A DNA stretch of 64,000 nt from Haplodiscus bocki (Eukaryota), in assembly GCA_965655095.1 (NCBI GenBank), contig OZ296655.1, positions 33,356,001 to 33,420,000 of the forward strand, given 5' to 3'. Position numbers and translations under genes: made by a program. Shown piece by piece: positions 1 to 14,664 of the stretch (position 1 is its first letter; each line of letters opens with the position of its first letter). Under the pieces are notes generated by a model. The model saw only the letters and a list, made by a program, of their open reading frames with translations, was not told the origin of the DNA and searched no databases.

Positions 1-99
1 AAATCCGCTAAGCATAATTTTCGTCCTTGTGTCCAAAAAAAACAAGTTTTGGAAAGCGTGTGAAAACAATTTGGTCTCTGAAAAATTATGGATTGTGGA

Positions 100-1200
100 T
101 AAATTTCGCATTTTTGGGCAAAAACACTGAGGCTTGGTTTATAATTCGAGAAAATTGTGATGGGGTGTTCAAAGCCAACTATCAAAAATTCATGAATTTC
201 TAATGCAAGAAAAATATCAGTAGAAAGTCTATAGATCACGGCATCTTTCTGTTCAATTTCTGGTGAAAAACGTGACTTATTGGCAATATCTTGCATTCGT
301 CTTTTGTCATCCGGTTGGACAAGTACTGTTCCTACTCCGATAGCAGAAGCATCTGCCTTGATTTTAAAAAAATTTCTCTTTTGTATTTGGTAATGTCATT
401 TCGCAATTATGTGTCAGTGTTTGTTTCACTTGAAGAAAACAGCTTCAAGTTCTTTATTCCAATGAAGAGAGACGTCACCATGTAAAAGTGTATACAACGG
501 AGCAAGAAATACATGCATGTTTTGAAAAATTTTTGAACGATAGTTTAAAACTCTTTACAGCTTCATAACATCTTTTTAATCAGAAATCTTTAATTTTTTT
601 TTAAAATCTGATTTTGGTTTTAGTAATTACGTAACCAAAAAAATATCGGCAGCAAGGAAGAATTCTGTTTTATCGGGAAGGGCTTTAAATTTAGATTTCC
701 TTGAACTTTCAGGAAAATACAAACGCGATCAAACATTTGAGTTTTAGTATCAGCTTGAATCAACCCGTCGTCAATATATGTGATAATTTCTATTTCTTGA
801 TTGGCGGTGCGAAAAGAAATGTCATTACGTGGGCAAAGAAACCAGGTGAACTTTTCAATCCAAAATATCCTCGTTTTTTTATTTTCCTCATTTACAATAC
901 GTGGGTAAAGAAACCAGGTGAATCTTTCAATCCAAAAAATCATCGTTTTTATTTATTTTCCTCATTTCCAACAACAAAAAAACAAGTTTTCGAGTTTTTG
1001 TTGCTAAGGCAAATTGGTGATAAACAGTGGATAGATCAGTTGTATTAATAACAGTACCAAAAATTTTCGGTAATAAAACTTGAGCTGGTAGTAACCGAGA
1101 ACGGATTTTGGAAACATCAGTTGTTGCATTAAGTAATCTGGCGTCAATAACGCTTTCGTACGAGTCACTTTTAAAAGAAGATTTATAATAGAAATTATAT
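100..1200 (-). pseudogene. Gypsy pol RT/RNase H fragment
   Basis: YIDD in ORF 620-943; LAPLYTLLHGDVSLHW connection region; DASxxGxG RNase H motif. Confidence 0.85.
827..967. repeat. ~70-bp tandem duplication inside the Gypsy RT
   Basis: acgtgggYaaagaaaccaggtgaa..tttcaatccaaaa..atc.tcgtttt occurs at ~828 and ~899; seen in protein as IFWIERFTWFL / IFWIEKFTWFL. Confidence 0.9.
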
Positions 1201-4119
1201 ATTCAGAACATAATTCCTTATTTCGTGCAGCACCAAGACCAACGCGCTCAACATTTCCGTTTCTAGTTTGTTGAAACTTTTTGAATTTTTTCTATGTACT
1301 GTGTTGGAAATTTTGTGATGCATTGCTTTTTTGATTCTGCATCTTGTTTGAGTGTAATATGAAGTGGTATGTCAACGACAACAAAATGATAGTTATGTTG
1401 GGAGTACTCAAATTTACACAGAAAGTGCACAAAAGGTTGAGTAATTTTTGGGGGAGAGTTAGCTTTGGTGAGAATTGAATTTACACAGAAATAAAGGATA
1501 ATTAGGGTCGAAATTTTGGATAAGTGCAATTACAGTAGAAAATAAATTGAATGGTATATTGTAATATTAATGATTTGGAGAAACATCAAATTGTGTGGCA
1601 ATAGGTGCATAGTCGTTATGTACATCAAAGTTGTCCCGAGAAAATTTATGCAACAAAGTTTGAGTTACTTGATTTAAATTGTAATCTGTATATGGTTGAG
1701 GTTGTGACTGTGTAACACTGCATTAGTTGGGAAAATCAATGTATCCTATAATGCTTTTGGGTAAAGCAATGGGATCTTTTGCCATGTTTTCCTGAAGATC
1801 ATTAAGGTAATGGTCTTTTGAATTAGGGTCATACGTTTCGGTAAAATTGAATTGATGATGGTGTTTTTGAAAAGTTTGGAAGAATTGTAGGCGTGTGTTT
1901 AAAGTAGTAGTTTGTGGTTGGTTTTTAATTTCTTTAGCAACAAATTTATTAACATGTATGTGGTTACCAAGAAGTTTGATGCGTTTTTTGACAGTCAGAC
2001 TATGAATCTTAAAATAAAATGAAGTTTGTTCCTGAGATATCTGTGAAAATGGGATGTTAGGTAGATTTGCCCTAATATAAAGACTAAGCTTCAACATTAG
2101 ATCTGAGTGTTCTTTGTCGAATTACTTACAATATGTGAAAAGGGTAAGCCAAGTATGATATACTTTACCTCAGGAATCGCAAAAAAATGGCTAATGCTGC
2201 TGAATGATCTCTAAACGTAAGTAAGGTTAATTTAACCATTTTTTTGATCGAAATCAACTGATTATTTGCTGCTCGTAGTTTTGTTTCAGAGTCGTTTCTA
2301 AAATCAATTTTGGATTGATATTGATGAGCTTTGAGTGCATTTTATGTGGGAGAACTTCGGACGATAATTGTAGCTCCAGTGTCGATTGAAAGCTCCATTT
2401 CACGGAAATTATGTTGTGATTTTCGAGTTTGTTTTTCAAATGGAATATTAAGAGAAGTCTACCAACTTGAACCAGGTTTAGTTGTGCCGTCCAGATCATT
2501 TTTCTAATCTGACATCAAAACAAAGACTGTAATCTAAAAATTGTTCATCTGTCATTGTATTGTTTAAAGAGGCATCTTGGAAAGTTTTTTTGAGATTGTC
2601 ACCTTTTTGAGTTACGGCTGTTGATTGCTTTCTGTAGTATGAAGAAAGAGATCGACTATCTGAAAGATTCCGATGGCGAGTAACTGATCTCGAACTATTT
2701 CTAGGAGTACAAGAATAGTGTTCATTGTGGTAACGGTTTGGCGTAAGAGATCTAGTGTTAGTTTTGTGCCTCTTTTTTCTTTTTTGACGGTCATATTTGT
2801 CATTTGAAGAGGAATTTCGTCTTGAAGAGTAGTTTTTATAAGAAGAATGGGATTGTTCTCGAATGTCTGATTTATATTTATGAGGAGATACGTAGCAATT
2901 GAGAGTGCGTTTGTGAGGTAAATTTCAGTTTTTCCAAAAAAGTCCTTAATTTTGAGTTGCCGATTTAGGTGGTTGTTCTTCGTTTTGTTTTCTAGATTCA
3001 AGGTTTGTTTTTCGATAAGGGCTTGTTTGTCCTTTGAAACATCTAGAAGAGGAATGACCAATTTTCTGACAGTAGATAAAAAAATTATAAATTGATGGAG
3101 ATTCTTTTTCATCCGAGTGATGTTGTTAGCGATATGTCGATTCAATACAGTTGACCTCAAATCTACGTTTAGGTGTGATTTCAAAAAAACATTTGTTTCC
3201 TATTGACATAATTTTTGAGAATATTAAAGAAAACTACAGGTCCTTCGAGAACTGGATTATGATCTAAAGTCTTTTCGTTAGCAAAACGTTTTATGAAAGG
3301 CAGTCGCTGAATGAAAACAATAACACAAGCTCTCTTACGCATTTTAGCATCATATTGATGCCAAGTTTTATTTACGAGGTCTTCAGCACGGCAAACCTGG
3401 ATAAAAATAGACTCATGTGTGTTTAAATGTGCAATTCTAACTTCAGCCTGATCTTTATTTTATGCTATTGGATTGGTTAAGTACTTTATTCGAACAGGTA
3501 GAACAGTCTTGTGCATCAACTTCAGAAAAACTATTAAACCATGAAGAAGCGGGGACATCTAGGGATGTGGCGACTGATGCCATTCGTCGTACGTGCCAAA
3601 TTTATTTCCGATCTAGACTGGTTGATTCAGGACCAAGTTGAAAATTAGTATGGGCTTTGATACCATTAAGAGGTTGATCTTGTCGGTATCTATTGTGTGT
3701 GCCGTCAAAAATTTGTAGGTTGCTAGAAAGTGGAGCTTTTGTAGGCACATTTAGAGTAAATGGCTGGAAAGACGTTACAGAGGTAGAAGTTTGAACATGT
3801 TGAATAAAAGTAGTAGATAAGGGAGGTGGATTGGGCATCGAAGGAGGAAGAGATGATATGTAGATATGGTCTATTGATGTGGTGAAGGATTCATAGTGTT
3901 CGATTGCGGAGTAGTATAAAGTTGAGATGAATTACAATGAGATGCTCTTGGAATGTTTGCAGAACATGGATAGGGAGTCTGATTCAACTATTGAACACTT
4001 TGAAAAGGGCTTGAGCGATGTAAAATTTTTGATGGAGCACCTAGTTGTGTTAGGTTTATGTTTCACTATTCACTTGCAAACTCGATAGGAGAAGATAAAC
4101 AAAATTTTAGAGGAGGATT

Positions 4120-6200
4120 CAGTTGACATAAAGTGTATTAAATAAAAACAGCTGCACAGAAGTCATCAACATTTGTTAGATGAAGTCCTTCGGCAAAATA
4201 CAACCTAAACGAAGAGTGGTTGATCTCTTTTAAACTGGTAAAGCTAACATTTCTGTGAAAACTTATATCGGAGAAGTTGGTGCTAAAAGTGATAAAGATT
4301 TGAATTTTAGCGATAACGGAACGACCCCAATCTTTGATAAGTAATTCTAGTGCAAGACTTTTGAAAGTCTTCTTTAAAGAATTAGGAGAAACTTTTGGTT
4401 TACAAAAAGAATTCTGGAAAATACGAAATGGATCCTCAAAAAATTTCTGAAAACACTTAGGAAAAAGTAAAACATATTTGGGATCCGTATTTAAGATTGG
4501 ATGTTTTAAGTTTTGTTTTTGCTTACGCAAGATGTAGCAAACAGATGCGAGAAATGACTGGTTCTGAAATGAAAATTTTTTTCAAACAACATCTTTTAAG
4601 ATGGATTTTTTATAAAATGAAAGAGATTTTGGTAAACAAGATGGAAGGATTTATAATTACACTGAAAAATATAAAAGACATATTGTTCGTTCCAAGCCAA
4701 TAAAACTGGTAAAGTTGGAGGATTTAACCAAGTTGTGGAATCGCTACAACTTAAAAGATTTTGAAGGTTATCAAAGAGGAATTCAACTATTTCACAGATG
4801 AAATAAAAGACATTATAGAGTATTATATGAACTACTTAGACGAATTGAGAAAAGAATTTGAAGAAAACATAGTGGATTGTTAGATGGATGTAGACGAATA
4901 ACACCGAAAAAAATAAACACCGAGACTTACAATAAAAATTAACTGATTTGCCAAAATAAAAGAAATAGGTTTTTGGAATCTGGATTTATTATTAATGCAT
5001 TTTGATGCTAATGGTTTATATCCAAATGACAAATCAGAGTATAAAAAAGTTTATCCTAAACTTGAAAATGAATATGTTTTTACGAAAGATATGAAACATG
5101 ATTTATTTAATGCATTCAATAACTGAAGTTTTACAAAATATAGCGCATTTCTTAGATAGAAATAATACAATCCGGGATATTTTGCTCCAATATGAACCAA
5201 TAATGGCAAATGTAGGAAAAATGGAAGTTACTAGACTGACAAATGGAAATATAACAGATACTTTAACCAGTGTTGACTTTCAGGACTTTGCTAAATTTTG
5301 TGGGAAAGTTATTGAGATTTGCAAACGATAATGTATAAAGAAACTTTTAAGAGTTCTCCTTTCGAAAATTTTGTTGAAATAGTGTTCAAAATAAAAACGA
5401 AACGTAAAGAAAGAGGCTAATCTGGTGGAGACAAAATTGAGAGAAGATACTGGTAATGGAATATATGGAGAGGCAATGAGAAAAAAGATTGAAGTGTAAA
5501 TAAAAATAGATGGAAAGGAAAAATGATAATCGAGTTTTTGATTGTTGGCAAAGAACGGATATTAGTCTGTTGCAAAACTTATCCGAGATGATGGAATTGT
5601 TTATGATGGAAGTATCGCAGATAAGAAAACAATGCCATTGCATATGGTAGCTATCATTCTAAGCAGTAGCAAAAAAAAGGAAATTTGTTCCTGCGACTGT
5701 TGGTTTTAAGGCACATAACTTTTTTACTCAGACACTTGTTCACTTTGCGTAGAAAAGAAAATGGAAATTTCTGGAACAAAAAAATTATTGAGAGAAGAAA
5801 TGGGGCTGAGAGAAAATGATTATGCCGATAGTGGAAAAACTTTTGCGAATGTTTTGCACCAAAAAACAATTGTCTCACTATTAATCAAAATGGAACATTA
5901 AGAGAGAAAAGACAAATAAAAAATTTGAAGATGCAAAAAGATTGTTGGACCGTGAACACTATTTTGGTATATTAGAAGGTGAAACAATCATTGAAAAACT
6001 TACAATGAGTTGAAAAAGAAGTTTTGATGTCAGTGTAGAGATTCCATCAAAAATCAGTAATTGTAAAAATTGCCGTAGGTGAGAACTTAAAATATGTGAA
6101 AAACGTGATGAGCAACTTCATCAACATAGAGTTTTTTATCTGTTTTATATGAAGTAAAGAGAAAACCAAGAAATGTGAAGAAAATAGACCAATGTTAAAT
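4120..6200 (+). pseudogene. pPolB remnant of a Polinton-like element (element A)
   Basis: SLKELGETFGLQKE; DVLSFVFAYARCSKQMREMTG (exonuclease region); motif A-like HFDANGLYP (~5,000); motif B-like GNGIYGEAMRK (~5,455); MPLHMVAIILSSSK; FAPKNNCLTIN. Heavily frameshifted. Confidence 0.75.
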
Positions 6201-9200
6201 TTTATGTTTTATAAGTTTATGAACAACAGTAAATGTAGATGATAAATGCATTGAAGGTATCAACTATTTTCATTTGTATAAATTCCTGCCACACAAAATT
6301 AACCTCTTAATTGCTGATTCGTGAGTACGCGAAAAAAATTACATGACAAACACTTGAAAAATTAACACGTTTTTTTTCTTCACGTATATAAAAATAGATG
6401 CGATGTTGATTTTTTTTTTCATAAGTTATGCATTTGAAATATCTCAAATCTAAACAGTGGAAAAAGTGTAATTTTTTATTCATTTGTCGGTTAATTCATT
6501 ATTAGGCAGTTACAATGTGCTAAATACGCATGTTTCTACCAAACATGATGAGAAATATTTAGATGGCTGTTAATAACCTAAGTCACCTTTTTCGTACTGA
6601 TAGTTTGCAGATTATTGTCTCTCGACTCGTTTATGTCAGCTTAAAGGCGCATTCAGCCTATCTTCCCTCTCGCCAGAAGACAGTTTTAGTGCAGTAGTTC
6701 AGCTTCAGTGGTTTATCCCCTCGGCAGCGGAAGAGTCATTGCTTCAGAGAATCTGTACAAAAACGTAATAATTTACGTTCTTAAACGGTAATGCTCAAAT
6801 CGAGTTGCCGTATAATTTTTTTTAAGTAGCTAATTAATATTGTGATTTAGTCCAAGTATAAAACACAGCCAAAGATGATCTATTTTACCACTGTTGTAAA
6901 TGTGTCGTTAGGTTTTTATTATTGAAATGAAGAAATTTTTTGTGTAGCAAAAATGTGCTTAAAGAACAATGCAGTATAGAAGTAACCAAAAAACCATGCT
7001 TTTACAAAAAAACACGATGTGATTGCGGAAAAGCGTGGTTTTTTTTTAATTTTGTGGTGTGTATATTTTTTGCGTAATCTAAAACGTTCTTTTTTATATT
7101 TCATTTAGGTCCGTAAGCTTTTCAAGCAAGTTGTGACATTTTTCAAAAACTGACACTGAAGTCGTCATCCTGTGTGCAGTCTGTATGTGCTGACTTGAAA
7201 GTAGCTGTGATGTCTTTTCTGTTTACGAATATCAGCCGCTCTCCTTTTCAGATGTTTTTTGCTACGTCTCTAAGGGTGATCTGGTTTTCGATTTTCTGAG
7301 CAGAAGTTCGATTGAGAGTTCTAAAGGTGTCAATCCCTTCCTATGGTGGTTTTCAGGACTCAATTTCTGACCTCTATTTTTTTAACTAATCCGTATCGGT
7401 TGATTTGCTCAAAAATGATATTTGAGCGTGATTTTTTTTCGGTTTGGTGTGTGTTCCGAAGCCAACGCTTCGCATCTGTGCAGACATGAATATGTGTTTG
7501 GATTGTTTTTTGCTAAAGATGTAACCATAAGGAATCTCGGATTATTGATTCTGCCCCGAGTATAAGAAAGTGGTCTATAATATATCGCTATTTTGGACTT
7601 CGGAAAAACTTAAAATTACAAAATACTCGACATTGTTTTCTGTTTTTAATGCATTTTTGGACGACATTTTGCAACATAGTCCGAAATTAGGAATTTCGTA
7701 CGACACTTGAAAATTTTTCAAACGCTGCCAAGCTCTGTGGAGTGCAGAAGGTACCATGCAAATCATCATAGTATCGGGGAAAGTGCGAAAAAAATTGATT
7801 AGACATTTACCAAAGTTCCTAGTAACATCTAATATATAAAAGTAAAAATCGGCAAATAAGTTAAATTTGAATTGGCTCAAAGTAATTTAATTCAGCTGTT
7901 ATTTAGTCAATCAATTCCAGGGCCAATTGAAAGCGAATAAATTCGTTGAGTTACTAAAATGCTACGGTCTGTTCTGTTCATAATCAAGTAAACTTATAGT
8001 TCTATTTTTCTTTCTTTAATTTCTGAAGTCATCCGGCCATTCAAGTGGCTGTTCAAGAACTCTTTCTTAGGATGTAGGGGTTGTCGGAATCTGTGTGTAA
8101 ACAAAAAAGGCGTGACATCAAAGTGCTCGTTCGAACTCTTCTTATACATATTTTTGTCGCTTGGAGAACTGCAAAACTAATTCAATATCACAACCAGCTG
8201 TTGATGGTTATATAATGTTTCGATTTTTTTAGCTAATTGTTTTGCCATTCTTTTTGTGATTATTTGAATTTATTTTGATAGGAAACCGTTCATGCTCACA
8301 ACAACAGGAGTAGACGAAACATATCGGGAAGATCATCTTGTTTCTTACTTTTGTTTTCTCTCAGCTCCTTAGATTTTGAGATTTTTAAGGGAGTTGTGGC
8401 TGACTTAGAGTTAGCTTAAGTGTCCTTGATACGAATATCATAAGATTCATTCTCGAAACGTGCCAAAAACAACATTTCACTTGAGAAACTGTTTCAGTAT
8501 TCTGAAAAAAATGCCGTTTCAGTGGCAGCCGAAGAAAACTTTCGTTTCCAGCTGTCAAATTGCCTGTATCCAATTTCGGAAAATTCAAGATCATCTCACC
8601 CTTGGTTTGAATGGGATTGATTTTGGCCTACTTTTTACCTAAAGACTTGGCTATAGTTTTTAGCAGATGTGAAACGTTTTTTAACCTTTTCCAGAGAAAT
8701 TGAAGAATTAAGGAACGTTTTGTTTGAAATCGAAGAGTTTTCATGTTCGAGCCATTCCAAGTTCCTATTTCTGTCCTGGTGGCAACCCGCCAGGTTTTTA
8801 AAACCAACGGAAATTTTAAGGTTTGTTCTCAACGCGCATTCCTTGCTAAATTTGTGCAATTCTCGTGGACTGCTGCTGCATTTGTTTCCCTCGATTCTGA
8901 CTCCCAAAATATGATTACTTTTTGCACTCGAAAAATTTTGCTGTGGTGCTTTTTTTTAAATTTTAACCCGTAAAATTGCCATGCCAAACTCTGTCCTAAA
9001 ATTCAGTCTTACAATCGGAAAGCAAAATCTCTGAAAATATCCATGACCGAAAAAAAGTTTTTGGCATCCATGAAAACTGTGTTTGTTTTTTTTCCAGCAC
9101 ACAAACGGGTTGCTTGCATTTGTCCATAACAATATGAAAATCGAAGGTGTGAGAAGTATATGTGGTAAACAGAGGAGTATAGACCCGTCTCCTAACCAAA

Positions 9201-9690
9201 TTTTTATCAAAGAAAACATGCCTGAACTGTCGAACAACACTCATTATAATGTGTCTGATCATAAAAAACTGATTAATGAATTCCTTGTTACTTCGCAAAA
9301 AAATCAACTCATGGAGGCTTCGATCACTGATATCACGTTCCGACAAAATTTTGCGGGATCTCAGAGAAATGCACACAGAAATGAGGAAAACAGAATTTGC
9401 TTCGGAACGTGGAATAAACTTTCTTATTGGCCTTTGCAATCAACTTTACCCGAAGCTCGACATTGAATTATTGAAGGAGGCATGTCCACAAGTTATATCA
9501 GCTAAGTCTGATTGGTTGTTCTAAAGGTCCAAAACCTATCGATTCTTCTGTTTTTTGCAAGCCGTAACAGAGTTGACAATATTTACTGTGAAGTCCTGCG
9601 GATAGAATCTTTTGAGCAATCAACGGTCAGTTTAGTACATTTAACGTTTTCAACCAGAACACTACACCAAAAACTCTTCATTTCTTTGTC

Positions 9691-10170
9691 ATGCTAACAC
9701 TTCAAACAGCTGTTGTTGATTTCGAAGCCTTTCGTTTGTAAGTAAGCTTTCCACTGATGAAGACTTTTTTCTTCGGTATTTTGACTACAACGATACAATT
9801 CTTCGGAAACCACCTCTTCGCATCCATCTAGTCTCTGTCAATGCAAAGAAAAATTACACTTGGATCTAGAAGAAAATACACGATCTGAACTGAGACTCTA
9901 GAATTTACGAATAGTTTTTTTTACTGTTTCCTTCAAACCTTAAAAATCCGTTTCCAAAACAACGTCTATTACGCCAAAGGTAACGAAATGTATATGTTTC
10001 AAGAGAACTTCTTCACCTGAGTCACTGGTTTAGATCACCTTAACTGTCCCAGAGCGTCCGAATTCCCGCAGAACTGCAGTCCTAGTTGTCTCAATCACTC
10101 GGGTTTCTTCTCTTGACATCATTGCGCACGAGAGAAGTCAAACTTTTTTCGTCATTGGTTAACTCAGTGT
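9691..10170 (+). pseudogene. DnaQ/DEDD-fold protein, homologue of 55,248-55,703
   Basis: VVDFEAF...IHDLN...YAKGNE...LDHLNCP...CLNH...HHCAREK. Confidence 0.65.
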
Positions 10171-10819
10171 CAGCAGAACGTTTTTGTCTACAGTTTACCA
10201 AACACAGGAAAAACGGACAACTTCTTCCTCACTCTGTCGTTGAGTTTAACCATATCAGTATCTAAAACCAACCAGGTCAAAATCAAGAACGTCCCTGAAA
10301 ACGTCACATTTGAAGTCGTAGAAGAAGGTTATCGACAAATTGGATTACATAAACTATTGCGAAAAGTAGTTTTCCTTTCAGCTGATGCTGAATTCCTTCA
10401 GTTTATGTCGAATACCGATTCCATTGACTCTTTTCTGAACTTCATGGGAAATCATGTCAAATACCTGATTGAAGCAGCTGATGTAGGACAACAACATCAA
10501 TCGTCTGAAATCTCCAGCACTCCCGAAACCTACATTTCTTCCTGCTTAGGGGATCCCCGGCTGCCAAAACGAACCTTCAACGAAGTAAAAGACTGAGACG
10601 TCATTGTCGATATTCTCGTTTTCCAGTACAGGCCTTGAAACATTAAGAAGCCTTGTAGAGCAAGTCTGAAACAAAGCATTGATTTTTTTTCCCTGCATCT
10701 TTTGCTTACAAAGTATGTACAACTCCCTTGAGAAATTTCCCAAGCTAAAACTTTTAAACCTGAAGATTGAAGAGTCAGTAAACGACTGTGCAGATGACAT
10801 TAGAATTGCACAATTTGTC

Positions 10820-11043
10820 TCGGATGAGAACAAAACCGGAAGCTCCTTGCGGAAGTTTTCTAGCTCAACAAGTTACCAAAATCTGATGTTGTCATTTTTT
10901 TCCCAGTTGCATTTCTTCTGATACTCATAATTAGCAGTCTAACAAAACTACTGTTCTACGAAGTACCTTGTGAAGCAATCCCGTTGAGGGTGTCTTTCGT
11001 GTCATCTGCACTTGATTAGACACTTCTCAGCCCACATCTATAA
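10820..11043 (+). pseudogene. Small two-TM membrane protein, homologue of 54,879-55,139
   Basis: FFSQL..FLLILIISSLTKLLFYEVPCE...VSSA...LSPHL*; same position immediately upstream of the ATPase. Confidence 0.6.
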
Positions 11044-11690
11044 ACAAATTTATCTTCAATAACAATAGGCTATTTGTGTCTCTCGTGGGTCCTGCAGCCT
11101 CATGAACGACACGACTTGTATTTGCCAAGTTTGCATCACTTAAAACTCTTTATCTCAAGCTGCAAAAAACCTACTACTTTAAAAGGAATATCAACCATTT
11201 TAAAAAAAAGTGGCTGATAGACTGAAATTAGAGTTCGCCCTATGTCTCGACTTGGAAATGATAAAGAAACTTGAAAACTGTTTACTAGTTTTTGATGACT
11301 TTTGCGATGAAAGAAAAACTGTTAAGAGCGCCGTTGTTGGAAGACATTAAAAAGTTCATTGCTTTGTCCTCAAACATAGTTTGTTTCATCATTGCAAGAA
11401 GTCGCTTGCTTTTGACCTCAAAACAACACACGTTGTCTTAATGAACTCTCTGCGTGAAATTAAGCAAATTGATCACTTTGGTAGAATTTTATACAAACGG
11501 CAAATCATTTGAAATTGTAACCAAAAAACTGCATCGTCTTTTTTAAACTTCGATCCAAAAACAAGTGAATCGTTGCGATTGTGTTCCGATATCATCAAAC
11601 CCGGACCTAAAACTTTTAATCTGCATTCTTTTTTGAGGAATGTGACTGCTTTGACAATTGAAAAAAAATAGAGCGCTTATATTGAAGCAG
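11044..11690 (+). pseudogene. A32/FtsK-like packaging ATPase (element B)
   Basis: RLFVSLVGPA (decayed Walker A), LLVFDDF (Walker B), GRH...KHSLFH...THVVL...DPKTSESLRLCS. Confidence 0.85.
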
Positions 11691-12559
11691 TGGCAAAACA
11701 ACAACAAAAAAACTTTTTTGAACGAAAAAATTGTAACTGTAGCTGAGATGAACTGAAATTTCTCTGTGACTCCGACCTGAATATAATTAACGGGAATATT
11801 CCATTCAATGTTGATTGCTTGCCACCTATGAAAAAGAAGTGAAAGTAGAATGCACTGCTAAGACATATGACAAGAAAGGACAACGGACTCTTACCTCCAA
11901 TAAAGAGATCGAATTGATGCAGGAGATCAGTTATCCAGTCTACTCAGATCTAACACACTGAGCTCCGAAAAAATTATCCTATTTCTCACATACAACTTTG
12001 TTGAAGAGCAACCTAAATCTTCGGAAGTTCTGTCCGATCGAGCAATCACTGAGAAAATCAAACAACTGATATTGCCATAGACACAAAAACCAACGGTGTT
12101 AAATCATTAAAACTCAACTGTATCCTAAACGTCAAGAAAATAGTCGAATAGTGTGGAAAAATAGGTCTTCAAAGGCTTATTGATCAAGACGCCCGGACTG
12201 CTCAAAAAAACAAAGTCAATATTGAAAGAAGCTACGAAACCTTGGTTGTAGGATTGAACGAGGACAGATTTCTCACAGTGAATGATCGCGTAACCACGGA
12301 TGAGGCTACCAATTTCCTTTACAACTTACAGCAAACAAACAAAAGACTACACCAACGTGACTGCAAACTAATTTTAGAGAGGATCTGTAATTCCCCGGGC
12401 TTGGTCGCTAATTACGACGCGAAGAAAAAACTCCAACCTACACGAAGCAAAGCAATAGTAGACTTAAAAGCAAAACGCCAAGGGAAGGGTCAAAGGAACA
12501 ACGAGAGAATTACAAGCAGGTTGCAGAAGATTCCCAAGCAGAAAAAATCTCAATGCGCG

Positions 12560-13431
12560 CGTGGGAAAATCTCACAAACTCCAGATGTGTTGTAAAAAAG
12601 GACCCGCAGCGTATGGGAGCGTTTCAAAATTGTAAAAAAACAGTCCCCTGTCTCGGGTGGAAGTTGAAACTTTGCCACAGAGAGAAAATTCACTCACAAA
12701 GTACACACAATACACAAGTCACTTTCACCATTTGAAAAACTTTGCTTACGATATCAATGGAATCTGGTCTTTTGATTCAACTTCTTTACACAAACTAGTT
12801 AAATACATTAATGGTGTTGAAAACCGTCTTGTTGCCATTGATGTACTGCCAGGAAAACTCAGAGTTGAGCCAATGCAATGCCAACCAATGGTTCAGAGGA
12901 AACTGCTGAAATTTTGCCGACATGATTATTTTCAACGGAGCATGCATAAAGATCTGTGAAATCAAAGGCAATAACACTTACACACCACAAACAGTGACGC
13001 AAAATCGGCCTTTGCAGTGTACAATAATCGATCTTTTTAAAACAACATGTACAAATATTTGCAAAACAAAGGTTCTTTTCCCTACAGTAGCGAATTGCCG
13101 TTTTTCGTTGACGCAATCACTTCTCAAATCAATTGCGTAACAAGATTGGCACCCAACAATGTCTCCGCGAAGCATGTAACAAACTTGGATACAGAAGTAG
13201 CGGAACAATCGAGAAAACTGGTTACAAGATCAAACTTGAAACCAAGAGACAATTTTTGACTAACGAAGGAGGATAAACCGTTCAAAAAAGGCAAAAATTG
13301 CTTCAGTGACGAAGTGTTCCAGATTACTAAAGTGGTAACATTTAACCCACGCTCCCATTTATCTACTGGTTGGCGCTAAAGGAGAAGACATTAAGGACAA
13401 CTTTTACGAGCCAAACTTGACGAAATTTTAG
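12560..13431 (+). pseudogene. Retroviral-like (rve) integrase (element B)
   Basis: KGPAAYG; AYDINGIWSFD...LVAIDVLPGKLRVEPM; KPFKKG...FSDEVFQI...DNFYEPNL. Confidence 0.85.
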
Positions 13432-13437
13432 TAGAAA

Positions 13438-14291
13438 TGGATTATTCTGACATACTTTTAGAGTCATCCGGATCAACGAAAACTTATCAACAAAACACAG
13501 TGGCATGCTTTGGCAACGTGATTACAGAATTTTTACAATTAAAAGGAGATTGGAGAGTGACTTTGGCAGGAATAATTTGCCCAACATTTATCAGGATTGT
13601 TGCCACCAGAGAATACTTCGTATACACACCAAAAACTCCCACTAAATTAACATCAACTGGCAATACAAACTCAGGAGGCGTGTCGGTCGAACGTGGAGAT
13701 TAATCAAACAATGCAGTTTTTCCTGATGCTGACTTTGAAACCGTCAAAGAAGTTGTCACGCGTTTACATGTTGCGGCTGCTAAAATCACGGGCCCATTGT
13801 TACTTCTAGCACTGAGGAAGACAATGTAGTATACAAGTATGCAGATCTTTATGGAGTAAGTCTTCATGACAGCAGTCTATTCAGTGTAATAAGTTTCAAG
13901 GCAGTGCCGGATCCCAATCGAGGCCGGTATTTTATTGGTAACACAAACAAACTGAAGGAACAAACACAACTAATCAAGGGCGACTATCCGGCAGAGTTTA
14001 CAACGGGAACCACTTTTTCTTTGTTCACTGTGATATCCTTGAGCACCAGCACGTAGCTGGAACTAATGCTCCTGTTCTTCGTGTCATTGATTGACGAAGA
14101 TGCTAACAAAACGGTAACCTACAAATAACGTCTGCAACGAAACATAAATCGTTTCTGGAATTGCAGTTTAAACAACTTGTTTTGCATACAGTCCAAAACT
14201 ATTTATTCAAGTAGTAGCAGTGCCTGGAGACTACGTCTTATTTGTTAGAACTGATTGTGTTGCGATAACATCAAATTTCCGCAAGTTCTAA
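13438..14291 (+). pseudogene. Minor capsid protein (penton) (element B)
   Basis: LESSGSTKTYQQNTVACF...LKGDWRVTLAGIICP N-terminus; DILEHQHVAGTNAPVLRVI; ends FRKF*. Confidence 0.8.
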
Positions 14292-14293
14292 AA

Positions 14294-14660
14294 GTGCAGT
14301 CTTAGTATTCTCGGCAAGTTATCATGCCTCACTCTTCGGGCCACACAAGACAGAGAAGAAGCGGCTGAAGATCCTTAGCCGCTCCGGTGGGACAAATTGG
14401 GTTACTTATTCCAACAAAAAGTATTTCTACCGGCTTTTAAATCAGAAAAGAAGGAATTGTTTGTTCAAAGTTTACCATAATTGATGGATGTTGCTACGAA
14501 AAAAATCTCCAAAACAAACAGCGAAATCACCTGTGAAAAGAACAGTGGGAAAGCAAAACGGAGGAAATTCATCAATCAAAAAGAATAAACCTGTGAAAAA
14601 ATCAGTCGACAGAAAACGAAGCTACAGAGAAGTTGATCAATTTTCATTTCACGACTAAAA
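14294..14660 (+). pseudogene. Basic core-like protein, homologue of 51,457-51,812
   Basis: RQVIMPHSSGHTRQRRSG..SLA, followed by K/R-rich sequence; lies between minor and major capsid genes. Confidence 0.55.
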
Positions 14661-14664
14661 AGGG

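Larger units (their letters stand above)
1..4050 (-). mobile_element. Decayed Ty3/Gypsy LTR retrotransposon internal region (gag, RT, RNase H); continues off the left edge
   Basis: Minus-strand translation gives gag-like FDGTHNRY...GIKA...QLGPE / WHVRRMASVATSLDVPASSWFNS (~3,500-3,760), RT motifs VIDARLLNA...TTDLSTVYHQ and ITYIDD (620-1,200), and RNase H ADASAIGVGTVLVQ...EQK...HPITIFSNYKP (~130-360). RT followed directly by RNase H, with YIDD, fits Ty3/Gypsy. Many stops and frameshifts; no LTR identified. Confidence 0.85.

Noticed and set aside
6640-6745. Possible terminal repeat of element A or B
   Set aside because: GC-richer patch with an internal agtagt but no partner repeat or TSD found.
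7080-7560. Possible PC4-like remnant (KIEVRN...RKGL) on the minus strand
   Set aside because: Too decayed to support by eye.
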